A stretch of DNA of 60,417 nt, filler included, from Dehalococcoidia bacterium (GCA_040882355.1; 3 parts of 2 records of this genome joined end to end with filler, not necessarily neighbours in it), one strand, 5' to 3'; shown: positions 1-9,140, numbered from the whole stretch's first letter. Notes: generated from the sequence alone by a model not told the origin. Program-made: numbers and translations.

Positions 1-202
1 GCATATCGCGGAAGATGCCGTGCTTCTGGAGGAAGCCGAAGTCGAGGCGGATGTCCTCCGTGACCTGCACGAAGCCCAGCTCGTCGATCTCGTACTCGAC
101 GTCGAAGGAGGTGATCGTCCAGTCGTCGGCGCGCGCGGAGGACGGAAGGGCGAGGGCGACAACGGCGGCGAGGAACGCGAGGGCGGGGATGAGGCGGCGC
201 AT
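1..202 (-). CDS. 5' part of a DUF2207-like (YciQ-type) secreted/membrane protein; runs off the window start
   Basis: Hand translation from ATG at 202: MRRLIPALAFLAAVVALALPSSARADDWTITSFDVEYEIDELGFVQVTEDIRLDFGFLQKHGIFRDM. It has a signal peptide and the 'I.sfdv.....dG...VtE.i..dF....hGi.R' pattern. The ATG overlaps the vapC stop (TGATG). Not in the ORF track. Confidence 0.75.
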   Translation of the reverse strand, partial: MRRLIPALAFLAAVVALALPSSARADDWTITSFDVEYEIDELGFVQVTEDIRLDFGFLQKHGIFRDM

Positions 203-594
203 CACCCTGAGTATAGTTCGAGGCCCTCGATTCGGCGGAAGTGCCGTTCGTTGCGAGTGATCAGGGCAAGGCCATGCTCCAGAGCCGTCGCCGCGATCAG
301 GAGGTCGAAGTCCGCGATCGGGCGTCCTTCCTGGCGGAGCTTCGCCCTGAGCTGCGCGAAACGCTCAGCGATCGAGTCCGAAACTGTCAGTGGCGTGAAG
401 GCTCTAAGGAACGATCGCAGGGTCTGCATGTGAGCAGCAGAATCCGGCAGGCCGTACGCACCTTCGTAGATTTCTGCGACCGAAATGATGCTAACGGCCA
501 GCCCTTCTCGCACGACGCCGAGCAGTACAGCAGCAGCCTTCTGGTCACCTCGCAGACAGTCGATGATCCAGTCGGAATCGACCAGATACTTCAT
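202..594 (-). CDS. vapC: VapC PIN-domain toxin
   Basis: 130 aa with YLVDSD, AEIYEG, DLLIAATAL and LITRNERHF PIN motifs. Confidence 0.93.
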   Translation of the reverse strand: MKYLVDSDWIIDCLRGDQKAAAVLLGVVREGLAVSIISVAEIYEGAYGLPDSAAHMQTLRSFLRAFTPLTVSDSIAERFAQLRAKLRQEGRPIADFDLLIAATALEHGLALITRNERHFRRIEGLELYSG

Positions 595-884
595 GCGGGA
601 CGATTTAGTGGCCGACTGCCCTTCCGGCGCCCCTGATAGATGGAACGCTTCATGGCATCCGCGTCGACGTCACCCCAGGAGCCAACCTCAGCGAAGGCGG
701 CGCTGATATCACCGTCGGTCGGGCGGACACTCAGCACTGCATCAAGGTCTGCGATGCCTATGATGGCCGCGACGCTCTCTCCGGACCTCTCCACGATCCT
801 CGGGCAACCATCCGCCTTCACGTCTTCAAGCACGCGGAGAAGATCTCCCTCTGAAGCGACGGCGACTCTCTTTGCGTTCTTCAC
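591..884 (-). CDS. Cognate antitoxin (Phd/YefM-like N-terminus)
   Basis: Small ORF overlapping the vapC start (ATGA). 'RVLEDV..GCPRIVERSGESVAAII' is Phd-like. Probable GTG start at 884 after AGGTG. Confidence 0.75.
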   Translation of the reverse strand: MKNAKRVAVASEGDLLRVLEDVKADGCPRIVERSGESVAAIIGIADLDAVLSVRPTDGDISAAFAEVGSWGDVDADAMKRSIYQGRRKGSRPLNRPA

Positions 885-963
885 CAAGGCACACCTGCGG
901 CTTTCTGTGTAATGCTGCTTCAATTGTACACGCAGGCACGCAAGCACCGCGAAGCGTGCTTGC

Positions 964-1008
964 TCCGCTCGTCCTTCGAGACGGCTGCGCCTCCTCAGGA
1001 TGAGCGGA
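964..1008. repeat. REP-like palindromic element
   Basis: TCCGCTCGTCCT...AGGATGAGCGGA 12-bp arms (one G-U pair) just downstream of the citrate synthase gene. Confidence 0.5.
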
Positions 1009-1025
1009 AAGGGATGTCCGGTCGC

Positions 1026-2309
1026 CTATCGCGCGTCGATGGGGGCGTAGGAGCGGCGGGGTTCGCCGGCGTAGATCTGGCGCGGGCGGGCGATGCGCTG
1101 CTCCGGGTCCTGCAGCATCTCCCGCCACTGGGCGAGCCAGCCGGCGGTGCGGGGGATGGCGAAGAGGACGGGGAACATGTCCACGGGAAAGCCCAGCGCC
1201 TGGTAGATGATCCCCGAGTAGAAGTCGACGTTGGGGTAAAGTTTGCGCTCGATGAAGTACTCGTCCTCGAGGGCGATGCGCTCCAGCTCGAGGGCGATCT
1301 CGAGCAGGGGGTTTGGCTTGGCGAGGTCCAGCACTTCGTCCGCGGTGCGCTTAATGATCTTGGCGCGCGGGTCGTAGCTCTTGTAGACGCGATGGCCGAA
1401 GCCCATCGCGCGCTCTTCGCCGTTGCGGACGCGCTGCACGAAGTCCGGGACGTTCTTCTTGTCGCCGATGCGCTCCAGCATGCGGATGACGGCCTCGTTG
1501 GCGCCGCCGTGGAGCGGGCCGTAGAGCGCCGCCGCGGCCGCCGCCGTCGCCGAGTAGGGGTCGACTTCGGAGCTGCCGACGGAGCGCATCGCGTTGGTGC
1601 TGCAGTTCTGCTCGTGGTCGGCGTGGAGGATGAAGAGCACGTCGAGGGCGCGCTCCAGGACGGGGTCCGGCTCGTACTTCGGCTCCGACATCTTGTAGAG
1701 CATGTTGAGCAGATTGCCCGTAAACGAGAGATCGTTGTCAGGGTAGGCATAGCGCAGGCCGCGGCTGTGCCGGTATGCGAACGCGGCCAGCGTCGGCATC
1801 TTCGCGATGAGGCGCTTGATCTGCAAGAGACGCAGCTCGTCGTCAAAGATCTCCTTCGAGTCCGGGTAGAACGTGGAGAGGGCGGCGACGGTGCTCACCA
1901 GCATCCCCATCGGGTGCGCGTCGTGGTGGAAGCCATCCATGAACTTCTTGCTGTTCTCGTGCAACAGCGTACGGTAGGTGATGTCATGCTCCCACTGACT
2001 GAACTGCTCCTTCGTCGGCAGCTCTCCGAAGATCAGCAGGTAGGCTACCTCCAGGTAGCTGCTCTCCTCCGCGAGCTGTTCGATCGGGTAGCCGCGATAG
2101 CGCAGGATGCCCTGGTCGCCGTCGATGTACGTGACCCGGCTCTTGCACGACGCGGTGTTGAGGAACGCCGGGTCGTACGACATCAGCCCGAAGTCATCGT
2201 CGCCCACCCTGATCTGTCGCAGGTCGGGCGCATGGATCGTCCCGCCCTCGATGGGCAGCTCGTAGCTCTTCCCTGTGCGGTTGTCGGTGATAGAGAGGGT
2301 GTCGGCCAT
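1026..2309 (-). CDS. gltA: Citrate synthase
   Basis: GILRYRGYPIEQL, HADHEQNCST, GPLHGGANE, GFGHRVYK and YPNVDFYSG motifs. Start trimmed to MADTLSITDN. Confidence 0.97.
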   Translation of the reverse strand: MADTLSITDNRTGKSYELPIEGGTIHAPDLRQIRVGDDDFGLMSYDPAFLNTASCKSRVTYIDGDQGILRYRGYPIEQLAEESSYLEVAYLLIFGELPTKEQFSQWEHDITYRTLLHENSKKFMDGFHHDAHPMGMLVSTVAALSTFYPDSKEIFDDELRLLQIKRLIAKMPTLAAFAYRHSRGLRYAYPDNDLSFTGNLLNMLYKMSEPKYEPDPVLERALDVLFILHADHEQNCSTNAMRSVGSSEVDPYSATAAAAAALYGPLHGGANEAVIRMLERIGDKKNVPDFVQRVRNGEERAMGFGHRVYKSYDPRAKIIKRTADEVLDLAKPNPLLEIALELERIALEDEYFIERKLYPNVDFYSGIIYQALGFPVDMFPVLFAIPRTAGWLAQWREMLQDPEQRIARPRQIYAGEPRRSYAPIDAR

Positions 2310-2435
2310 TGGAGGCTCCCTTGGCGGAGATAGCGCTCGTCTATACCATCCTTTCACAGGATCGGCAGCGACGCAAGGGTCTGAGAGGCCCGACACCGAA
2401 CGTTAACAATGCCGCCGCGGCCATCCGGACGCACG

Positions 2436-2465
2436 AAGAGGCCGGGCAGATGCCCGGCCTCTTTT
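2436..2465. terminator. Intrinsic terminator-like hairpin downstream of the FBP aldolase/phosphatase gene
   Basis: AAGAGGCCGGGCA-GA-TGCCCGGCCTCTT perfect 13-bp stem. Confidence 0.7.
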
Positions 2466-2496
2466 CGATTCAAGTGAAGCTGCGGGGAGGAGCGAG

Positions 2497-3591
2497 CTAG
2501 TCCACCGGCTCCCACCGGCCGGAGATCTTCTTGGCAACAGCCGGCATGGTGGTGTACTCCATCTCCTCCAACGGCAAGCGGTGCGGCTCCCACGGCCCGT
2601 GACGGCGCAGGTAGTCGGCGACCAGGTTGGCCTGGTGGCGCGCCTCGTCGAAGCCCGGGTCGTCGAACATGTCGCGCGGGCCGACGAGCATGCCGTTGGC
2701 GAGCTGGAAGCCCAGCGCAGCCACGCGCGGCGGGCCGTCGAAGCGCGACGGATTGGCGTCCTTGACAGCGCAGGGCATCCAGGGCCCGTTGTGCGAGCCG
2801 CGCATCCAGCCCTCAACGATCGCGGGGAAGGCGAACGGCTCCAGCACTTCGCCCACGGCTGGGAAGACGCCCTGGCAGCGCACGACACAGGTCGGGTCGT
2901 CCTTACCGACATAGCGGCCGGCGATCAGTGCCAGCTTGTCGGTGCTGGAAACCGCGCCGACTTCGCCAGAGTTGCGGCTGTAGACCGACTTCACGCAGAA
3001 GCGTGAGGGCGAGCCGAGGAAGACGAGCAGGTCGTACAGCTCCTCCGGGCAGTTGAAGCGGATCTTCTGGTGGTTGATCACGTCGTGCACTTCGAAGGTG
3101 AAGCCTTCGTGGAGCGGCTCGGCGATCACGAGCCCGACGGTGTTGAAGGGGTCGCCGAACATCTTGTACAGGGGCAGGTTGAAGGAGCCGGCGGACGTCT
3201 TGTCGCCCATGAAGACGATGATCGGCTCCGAGGTGCGCTCCTCGATCTCCATCTCGGCGGACCCTGGGCCCATGCCCCGGATGTTGCCCGAGAAGGCGTC
3301 CGAGAGCAGGTCCTGGCCCGCGCCGTATAGCTTCAGCTTCTTCGCCACCTCGGTGCCGGCGAGGAAGGTGTCCCAGGCCAGCTTGTGCACCGTCTCGTCC
3401 AGCTCGCCGCGCTCGTGCGTCATGATCAGGAAGAGGTCGTCGCCGCAGTGGCCCACGTAGTAGTCGATGAGCGTGCCGCCCTGCTTGGCCTTGCCGAGCA
3501 TCTCTTCCGCCGTGGCGATAAGTTCCGGGTGCATCGCGGAGTGCCCGACGTAGCCGCCTACGTCGGCCTTGATTACGGAAACGGTGAGCAT
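2497..3591 (-). CDS. fbp: Fructose-1,6-bisphosphate aldolase/phosphatase (class V FBPase)
   Basis: SVIKADVGG, GDD, KLYGAGQDLL, DPFNT.GL, YVGKDDP, GWMRGSH.GP and GPWEPHRLP..EMEYTT signatures. Confidence 0.96.
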   Translation of the reverse strand: MLTVSVIKADVGGYVGHSAMHPELIATAEEMLGKAKQGGTLIDYYVGHCGDDLFLIMTHERGELDETVHKLAWDTFLAGTEVAKKLKLYGAGQDLLSDAFSGNIRGMGPGSAEMEIEERTSEPIIVFMGDKTSAGSFNLPLYKMFGDPFNTVGLVIAEPLHEGFTFEVHDVINHQKIRFNCPEELYDLLVFLGSPSRFCVKSVYSRNSGEVGAVSSTDKLALIAGRYVGKDDPTCVVRCQGVFPAVGEVLEPFAFPAIVEGWMRGSHNGPWMPCAVKDANPSRFDGPPRVAALGFQLANGMLVGPRDMFDDPGFDEARHQANLVADYLRRHGPWEPHRLPLEEMEYTTMPAVAKKISGRWEPVD

Positions 3592-3724
3592 AGCAGCCTC
3601 CTTAACAGTGCCCTGCCGCAGTCAGGTGCGACTGCCGCCGGTCAGGTTTGGGTGGGTGGGTTGATGGTGACAAGCCACAGGGATCGTATCAACCGATCCG
3701 CCGCAAGCGCAAGACGGGGTTTCC

Positions 3725-4276
3725 CTATGAATCGCGCCGCCGGATGTAGAGCAGCAGCGCGCCAAGCGTCTTTGCGTCCTCTATCTCACCCGCCGCGGCC
3801 AGGCGGAGCGCCTCCTCCAGCGGCACGGCCACGAGATGCACGTCCTCGCCCAGGTCGTCGCTCTCAAGGGGGCTCTCGGTGAGGTCGCTACACAAGAAGA
3901 CGTGCTGGTACTCGCTGCAGTAGCCCGGCGCCAGGTAGAAGCCGCCCAGCTTCTCGATCCGCCCGGGCGCGTAGCCGGTCTCCTCCCGCAGTTCCCGCTC
4001 GGCGCACGTCTCCGGCGTTTCGTTCGGATCGAGCGTGCCCGCCGGCATCTCGAGCAGATCGCGGCCGGCCGGGTGGCGGTACTGGCGGACGAGCAGCAGC
4101 AGCCCCTCCGGATCGAAGGCGACAAGCGTCACGCCGCCGTGATGCTCGACAACGTCGATCGTGCCCTCGTGGCCGTTGGCGTAGCGCAACGTATCGACCC
4201 GCAGGCCGATCCACCCCTTGTGGACGGGCCGGGTCGCGATGACCTCGGGACGGTCGCCGAGCGGCGCGTCGCTCAC
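3725..4276 (-). CDS. nudF: NUDIX hydrolase (ADP-ribose pyrophosphatase-like)
   Basis: VRQYRHP, EMPAGTLD, AERELREETGY Nudix box and IEDAKT. GTG start at 4276 overlaps the upstream stop. Confidence 0.88.
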   Translation of the reverse strand: MSDAPLGDRPEVIATRPVHKGWIGLRVDTLRYANGHEGTIDVVEHHGGVTLVAFDPEGLLLLVRQYRHPAGRDLLEMPAGTLDPNETPETCAERELREETGYAPGRIEKLGGFYLAPGYCSEYQHVFLCSDLTESPLESDDLGEDVHLVAVPLEEALRLAAAGEIEDAKTLGALLLYIRRRDS

Positions 4277-4755
4277 TCCGGCGTCAACTCCATCACGACG
4301 GCGATCTCGTTGCAGGTAGGGAACTTCGGACAGCGATAGCACTCGTTCCAGACCTTGCGTGGCAGCGTCATCACGTCCGCCTGCCGGAAGCCCTGGCGCT
4401 CGAAGAACGCCGGGCGGTAGGTCAGCGCGAAGACAGTGCTCAGCCCCAGCCCGCGAGCCTCCCGCACATGATCGCCGACGAGCAGCGCGCCCAGCCCCTG
4501 GCCTTGCCGGTCCTCCCGCACCGCCAGCGACCTGATCTCGGCCAGGTCCTCCCACATGATGTGGAGCGCCCCGCACGCGACGAGGTCCTCACCTGCCCGT
4601 ACGACGGAGAAGTCGCGCAGGTTCTCGTAGACCTCGGCCATCGTGCGCGGCAGCATTTCGCCGCGCCGGGCGAAGCCGTTGACTAGGTCGTGGATCGCGC
4701 GCGCGTCGCCCACACCGGCCGGCTCCACCTTCAGCGAGCGAGCGAGCGTGGTCAC
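4273..4755 (-). CDS. argA: Short GNAT N-acetyltransferase, N-acetylglutamate synthase-like
   Basis: MLPRT...YENLRDF, AEIRSLAV, QGQGLG, VFALTY and LPRKVWNECYRCPKFPTCNE. Confidence 0.85.
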   Translation of the reverse strand: MTTLARSLKVEPAGVGDARAIHDLVNGFARRGEMLPRTMAEVYENLRDFSVVRAGEDLVACGALHIMWEDLAEIRSLAVREDRQGQGLGALLVGDHVREARGLGLSTVFALTYRPAFFERQGFRQADVMTLPRKVWNECYRCPKFPTCNEIAVVMELTPE

Positions 4756-5645
4756 GCCGGCGCCTCCTCACTGAGCATCGCCTCCGTCTCGGTGGAGATG
4801 CGGCTCTCGTTGTCACGAAGCCAGTTCAGGCGGCGCGCCAGCCGTTGGTAGAACTCGGTCGGCGGGCCCAGGCGCAAGAACCGGGCGCGATGCTCGCCCA
4901 GCCCGACCCGCACCGTCTCGCCCGCAGCGAGATCGAGGTCGCGTTCGCCGTCGACGCTGAACGTCGCCTGCTGGTTCGGCGCGAGCTGCACCTCGACCAC
5001 AGCCGTTGGCGGCAGGACGACAGAGTTGCGCGGCGCCAGGTGCGGCGCCAGGGGCGTGAGCAGGATCTCGCGCGACTCCGGGTGCAGCACCGGCCCGCCG
5101 ACTGACAGCGAGTACGCCGTGCTGCCCGTCGCCGTGGCGACAATGACGCCGTCGGCGCGGTAATCGGCCATGCGCTGGCCGTCGATGCCCACCGCCACCT
5201 GCACCGTGCGCCCGAGCGCCACGCGCCCGATGACGATGTCGTTCAGCGCCTCGTGGCGCGCCGCCGTCTTACCATCGACGATCTCGGCGCGGAGCATCGC
5301 CCGCTCCTCGACGCGCCCGGCGCCGCCGAGCACGTCCGGCAGGCGTTCGAGGGCGCTCCGCGCGTCCAGCTCCGTCAGGAAGCCGAGGCGGCCCATGTTC
5401 ACGCCCAGCAGCAGCGTGTCGTGCGGCACGACGGCCCGCGCCGCCCGAAGCACCGTGCCGTCGCCGCCGATGCAGAGCAGGAGGTCGGTGCCAGGCATGT
5501 GCTCGCGCGTCGCCTCCTCGTCCCAGGCAGAGGCCATCCACGTCTCGCCGACGTGGCTCCCGGCGACGGCGAGCAACTCTTCTGCCACCCGGCGACCGAG
5601 GTCCTCGGGCAGCTTCGGATGGTAACAGCAGCCAACCTTCTTCAT
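4752..5645 (-). CDS. nadK: NAD kinase
   Basis: GGDGTVL, GVNMGRLGFL, ALND and ADGVIVATATGSTAYSLS. Start likely MKKVG at 5645. Confidence 0.95.
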   Translation of the reverse strand: MKKVGCCYHPKLPEDLGRRVAEELLAVAGSHVGETWMASAWDEEATREHMPGTDLLLCIGGDGTVLRAARAVVPHDTLLLGVNMGRLGFLTELDARSALERLPDVLGGAGRVEERAMLRAEIVDGKTAARHEALNDIVIGRVALGRTVQVAVGIDGQRMADYRADGVIVATATGSTAYSLSVGGPVLHPESREILLTPLAPHLAPRNSVVLPPTAVVEVQLAPNQQATFSVDGERDLDLAAGETVRVGLGEHRARFLRLGPPTEFYQRLARRLNWLRDNESRISTETEAMLSEEAPA

Positions 5646-5723
5646 GATCCGGTTCGCGGCAGCAGTAACCGCAGGGCTGTAGCCCTGCACGAGCGTCCGT
5701 TCGGCAGACCTGAAGGTCTGCAC

Positions 5724-6467
5724 CTACAGCGTTTCATCCGAGCGCGTCCTCCACAGGACGAAGAACTCCTTGTTGCCGGCCGGGCCGCGCAGAGGCGACG
5801 TGGTCAGCCCGCCGAAGCGCAGACCTTCGTTCGCCGCCCAGGCGACGGTCCGCCCGAGCACCGAAGCGTGTACGAGCGGGTCCTTCACCACGCCCCCCCT
5901 TTTCACTTCGTTGCGCCGCGCCTGGAACTGAGGCTTCACCAGCGCGACGATGCGTCCTCCCGGCTTCAGCAGCGTCACCACCACCGGCACCACCTTCTCC
6001 AGCCCGATGAACGAGACATCGATCGTCGCGATGTCCGGCATCTCTGCCAGCGACTCGAGGTGGCGGATGTTCGTCCGCTCCTGCACGACGACCCGCTCGT
6101 CCTGGCGGAGCCGGTAGTCGAGCTGGCCGTAGCCAACATCTACAGCATACACCTTCGCCGCGCCGTGCTGGAGCAGACAGTCGGTGAAGCCGCCGGTCGA
6201 AGCGCCAGCATCCAGCGCGACCAGCCCGCTCACGTCGAGCCCGAACGTCCGCAGCGCGTGCTCCAGCTTGTCGCCTCCGCGGCTCACGTAGCGAGGCGGT
6301 TTCGCGACCTCGATTCGCGCGTCCGCCGGCAGCAGCGCCGCCGCCCGCACGGCCGGCGAACCCTCGACCAGCACGTCGCCAGCCAGCACGGCCGCCCGCG
6401 CCTTTTCGCGGCTCGGCGACAGGCCGCGCTCGACCAGCAGCACGTCAAGGCGACGCTTCGTCGACAC
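5724..6467 (-). CDS. tlyA: TlyA-family rRNA (cytidine-2'-O)-methyltransferase
   Basis: S4 domain RLDVLLV..G, YVSRGGDKL, LDAGASTGGFTD, DVSFI, LVKPQF and GPAGNKEF. Confidence 0.95.
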   Translation of the reverse strand: MSTKRRLDVLLVERGLSPSREKARAAVLAGDVLVEGSPAVRAAALLPADARIEVAKPPRYVSRGGDKLEHALRTFGLDVSGLVALDAGASTGGFTDCLLQHGAAKVYAVDVGYGQLDYRLRQDERVVVQERTNIRHLESLAEMPDIATIDVSFIGLEKVVPVVVTLLKPGGRIVALVKPQFQARRNEVKRGGVVKDPLVHASVLGRTVAWAANEGLRFGGLTTSPLRGPAGNKEFFVLWRTRSDETL

Positions 6468-6674
6468 GTCAGCAGCGTAGAAAGCCCGTCCTTGGCGCGT
6501 CAAGCAACCCAGGCACGCCTTTTCGCGGAGGCGCCGCTTCTTCGCGAATCGCGGAGGCTCGACCCCTGCGGGTCACGCTTCAACGTGACGGTCGTGACAA
6601 TTCGTAGCCTCGCATACGCGAGAATGCTTGCGAACGTTGACGTAAACGTCATGGTGGCGCTAGGATGAGGGCCA

Positions 6675-7931
6675 ATGGCCAAGGAAGCCGCCCCAATCAC
6701 TGACGTCCCGGTCGAACCGCCGCCGCGCAGGGGCACGTTCTCCTCCCTGCGCTACCGCGACTACCGCTTCCTCTGGCTCGGCCAGGTCGGCCACGCCGCC
6801 TCGTTGTGGATGGAGCAGATCGTGCGGCCTGTGCTCATCCTCCAACTCACGGACTCCGCGCTCATGGTCGGTCTCGTCGTTGCGACGCGAATGACGCCCA
6901 TGCTGCTCTTCGGTCTGATCGCGGGCGTCGCGGCCGACCGCTTCGACCGCAAGCGCATCCTGCTCGCGACCCAGTGGGTCACGATGTCCATCCACTTCCT
7001 GATGGCGGGGCTCGTGCTCAGCGGTGTCATCGAGCCGTGGCACGTCTTCGTGACGACATTCGTCTCAGGCACTTCGATGGCCTTCAACCAGCCGGCGCGC
7101 CAATCGCTCATCCCGCAGATGGTGCCCAGGGAGGAGTTGCTCAACGCCGTCGCGCTGAACACGTCGGCGATCAACGTCATGCGCATCGCGGGCCCGGCGC
7201 TGGCCGGCGTGCTCCTCTTCAGCGGCATCGGCCCGATCTACCTGCTCAACGGCGCCATCATCGCCGGCGTGATGGTCTGCACGTACCTGATGCACATCCG
7301 CTACCAGGCCCGTCCGGCGGAAGGCGCGCCGTCCTGGCTTGACGACCTGCGCGAGAGCTTTGCCTTCGTTGGGCAGAACCGGTCCGTCCTGTTCTTGCTC
7401 GGTCCCGCGCTGATCCTGTTCGTGTTCGGCTTCCCGTATCAGAGCGTCTTCGTGCCGCTCTTCGCCAAGAAGGTGCTCGACCTCGGCGACTCTGGCGTGG
7501 GCGCGCTCGTCGCCGTGACCGGAATCGGCGCGCTCGTCGGCTCGCTCATCCTCGCGTCACAGGCCAGCCTGAAGAGGCGAGGTCTCCTGCTGCTCACCTT
7601 CCTCGCCCTCTTTAGCTGCGGGCTGCTCGTCTTCTCGCGCTCGAACGCGCTGCCGCTCTCGATCCTCGCCTTGATGGCAACCGCCAGCATGAGCGCATCG
7701 TACATGTCGCTGAACAACAGCTTGTTGTTGGAGCTGAGCCCGCCGGAGATGCACGGCCGCATCATGAGCCTGATGAGCCTCGACCGCGGCCTCATCCCCC
7801 TCGGCGCGACCATCGCCGGCGTCCTCGCGACGTGGCTCGGGCCGCAGGATGCGCTGCTGGTCATGGCGAGCGTCTGCCTGGCACTCACGCTCATCACCGC
7901 CGTCGCCGCGCCCGGCCTCCGTCGCCTGTAG
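6675..7931 (+). CDS. MFS transporter (MFS_3/H+ antiporter-like)
   Basis: 418 aa with ~12 hydrophobic segments, GVAADRFDRKR motif A and N-terminal FSSLRYRDYR. Confidence 0.92.
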   Translation: MAKEAAPITDVPVEPPPRRGTFSSLRYRDYRFLWLGQVGHAASLWMEQIVRPVLILQLTDSALMVGLVVATRMTPMLLFGLIAGVAADRFDRKRILLATQWVTMSIHFLMAGLVLSGVIEPWHVFVTTFVSGTSMAFNQPARQSLIPQMVPREELLNAVALNTSAINVMRIAGPALAGVLLFSGIGPIYLLNGAIIAGVMVCTYLMHIRYQARPAEGAPSWLDDLRESFAFVGQNRSVLFLLGPALILFVFGFPYQSVFVPLFAKKVLDLGDSGVGALVAVTGIGALVGSLILASQASLKRRGLLLLTFLALFSCGLLVFSRSNALPLSILALMATASMSASYMSLNNSLLLELSPPEMHGRIMSLMSLDRGLIPLGATIAGVLATWLGPQDALLVMASVCLALTLITAVAAPGLRRL

Positions 7932-7965
7932 CTCTCAGCCTCTAACGGCGAAATCCGATGCTCGC

Positions 7966-7993
7966 GACCCCTGACCCCTGACGCCTGACCTTT
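7966..7993. repeat. Heptamer tandem repeat (GACCCCT)n between convergent genes
   Basis: GACCCCT GACCCCT GACGCCT GACCTTT. Confidence 0.6.
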
Positions 7994-8003
7994 GGGGGCG
8001 GGT

Positions 8004-8588
8004 CTACCCGCAGGCGCCCCACGCCCCGGGGCCCTGCCGCCGGTACTTCGCGTAGGCGGCCGCAGTGTTTTCTGCGGGGTCGAAGAGACTCCGCGAAGGA
8101 TCGAGGAGCTGGAACAGCCCGACGTACGGCCCTCGTGGGTTGTAGGCGTTCGGGTTACCGCCCGATTCGCAGGCGATGACGGACAGCGCCCACGAACAGT
8201 CCCAGTCGTAGGAACAGACCAACTCTCTCCACTGCTGTCCCGACCCCACGCGACGGGCCGCGCGGACCTCAGAAACAGGTGCCCGCGTCGCCGTCGGTGT
8301 GACGCAGTGGAGCAGGAACCACTTGCGTTCGCCGCCGCTCCGATACTCGGCGCCCCGCATCTCCTTGCAGGAGCTGCGGTCGGGCAAGGGCGTCGACGTA
8401 GGGGTGCTGGTCGGCGTCGCTGTCGCGGTCGGCGACGCGGTCGGGGTCGGTGTCGCTGTTGGGATCGGGGTCGGTGCGGGAGATGCCTCGCTGAGATGAC
8501 GGGACGCCAGGGCCAAGCCTGCCGCTAGAGCTAGGACCGCTGCACCGGCCGCGAGCCAGAACGGAGCGCTGGCTGCGGCCCTACGCAT
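8004..8588 (-). CDS. Membrane-anchored SLT/lysozyme-like lytic transglycosylase with Pro/Thr linker
   Basis: N-terminal TM segment, PT linker, small C-x(19)-C module, then ALSVIACESGGNPNA (catalytic Glu) and GLFQL motifs. Confidence 0.8.
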   Translation of the reverse strand: MRRAAASAPFWLAAGAAVLALAAGLALASRHLSEASPAPTPIPTATPTPTASPTATATPTSTPTSTPLPDRSSCKEMRGAEYRSGGERKWFLLHCVTPTATRAPVSEVRAARRVGSGQQWRELVCSYDWDCSWALSVIACESGGNPNAYNPRGPYVGLFQLLDPSRSLFDPAENTAAAYAKYRRQGPGAWGACG

Positions 8589-8780
8589 GGTCGGGCAACC
8601 CCGATGGCGTGTCGATTCCTCGGCAGACCTCCGCTACACACGGCTACAGCCATCCCTTGGCAGAGCATGAATCCTTTCAGTCAGTGGGATCGTGTGAGTC
8701 TCCCCACCACCGCCGGTCAGGTTAGTGAAATCCTGCACTAGGATCAATGCCGGTTTGCAGTCTCGGCGAGTCTATGGAAT

Positions 8781-8796
8781 ACCCCCAGACGGGGGT
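8781..8796. terminator. Hairpin after the remnant gene
   Basis: ACCCCC-AGAC-GGGGGT immediately after the TAA at 8798. Confidence 0.4.
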
Positions 8797-8797
8797 C

Positions 8798-9001
8798 TTA
8801 TGCGCAGCTATGCCCGAGCTGCGCGACGGCCGCGCCCACGTCGGCGGAGCTCGCCGGGTCGTCGATGCGCAGCTTGATGCGGTCCGTGTCGTTCTCGCCT
8901 GTCCCGAAGAAGCGCACCGCCGCCCCCGGCGCCGCAATGGCGCCCGACGAAGCGAGCGCTACCACGATGCCGAGAGCGGCTATGGCAAGTGTACGTATCA
9001 T
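8798..9001 (-). pseudogene. Internally deleted surface-protein remnant: signal peptide and N-terminal fragment fused to the last residues of a flexitail/dockerin tail
   Basis: SD GGAG and ATG at 9001; 67 aa ending DVGAAVAQLGHSCA, versus DIGAAVAQFGHSCA (14773) and DIAAAVAQFGHSCL (55639). Confidence 0.7.
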
Positions 9002-9140
9002 GGCTCCTGCCGAGATCATCGACGGGCAATCACGCAGACGAGTGGTCGCCATCTTCATTTCGGGTTAGGGGGGCTGAGGCTGCGTTCCGTCAGGCGATCC
9101 ACTGGCCCGCGTGTCATATCAGGCCTGGCGTCGGCCCTCT

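Noticed and set aside
912..2333. Long plus-strand ORF and many similar ones (e.g. 5253-6668, 14793-16289, 19651-20643, 22449-23438, 51449-52903)
   Set aside because: Antisense or off-frame shadows of well-supported genes, expected in high-GC DNA; no motifs.
8590..8780. c-di-AMP (ydaO) riboswitch upstream of the SLT-like gene
   Set aside because: Context fits, but I could not find the conserved GCUGAAUCC, GGAACC and CAGCUAAC segments; kept only as an unassigned structured leader.
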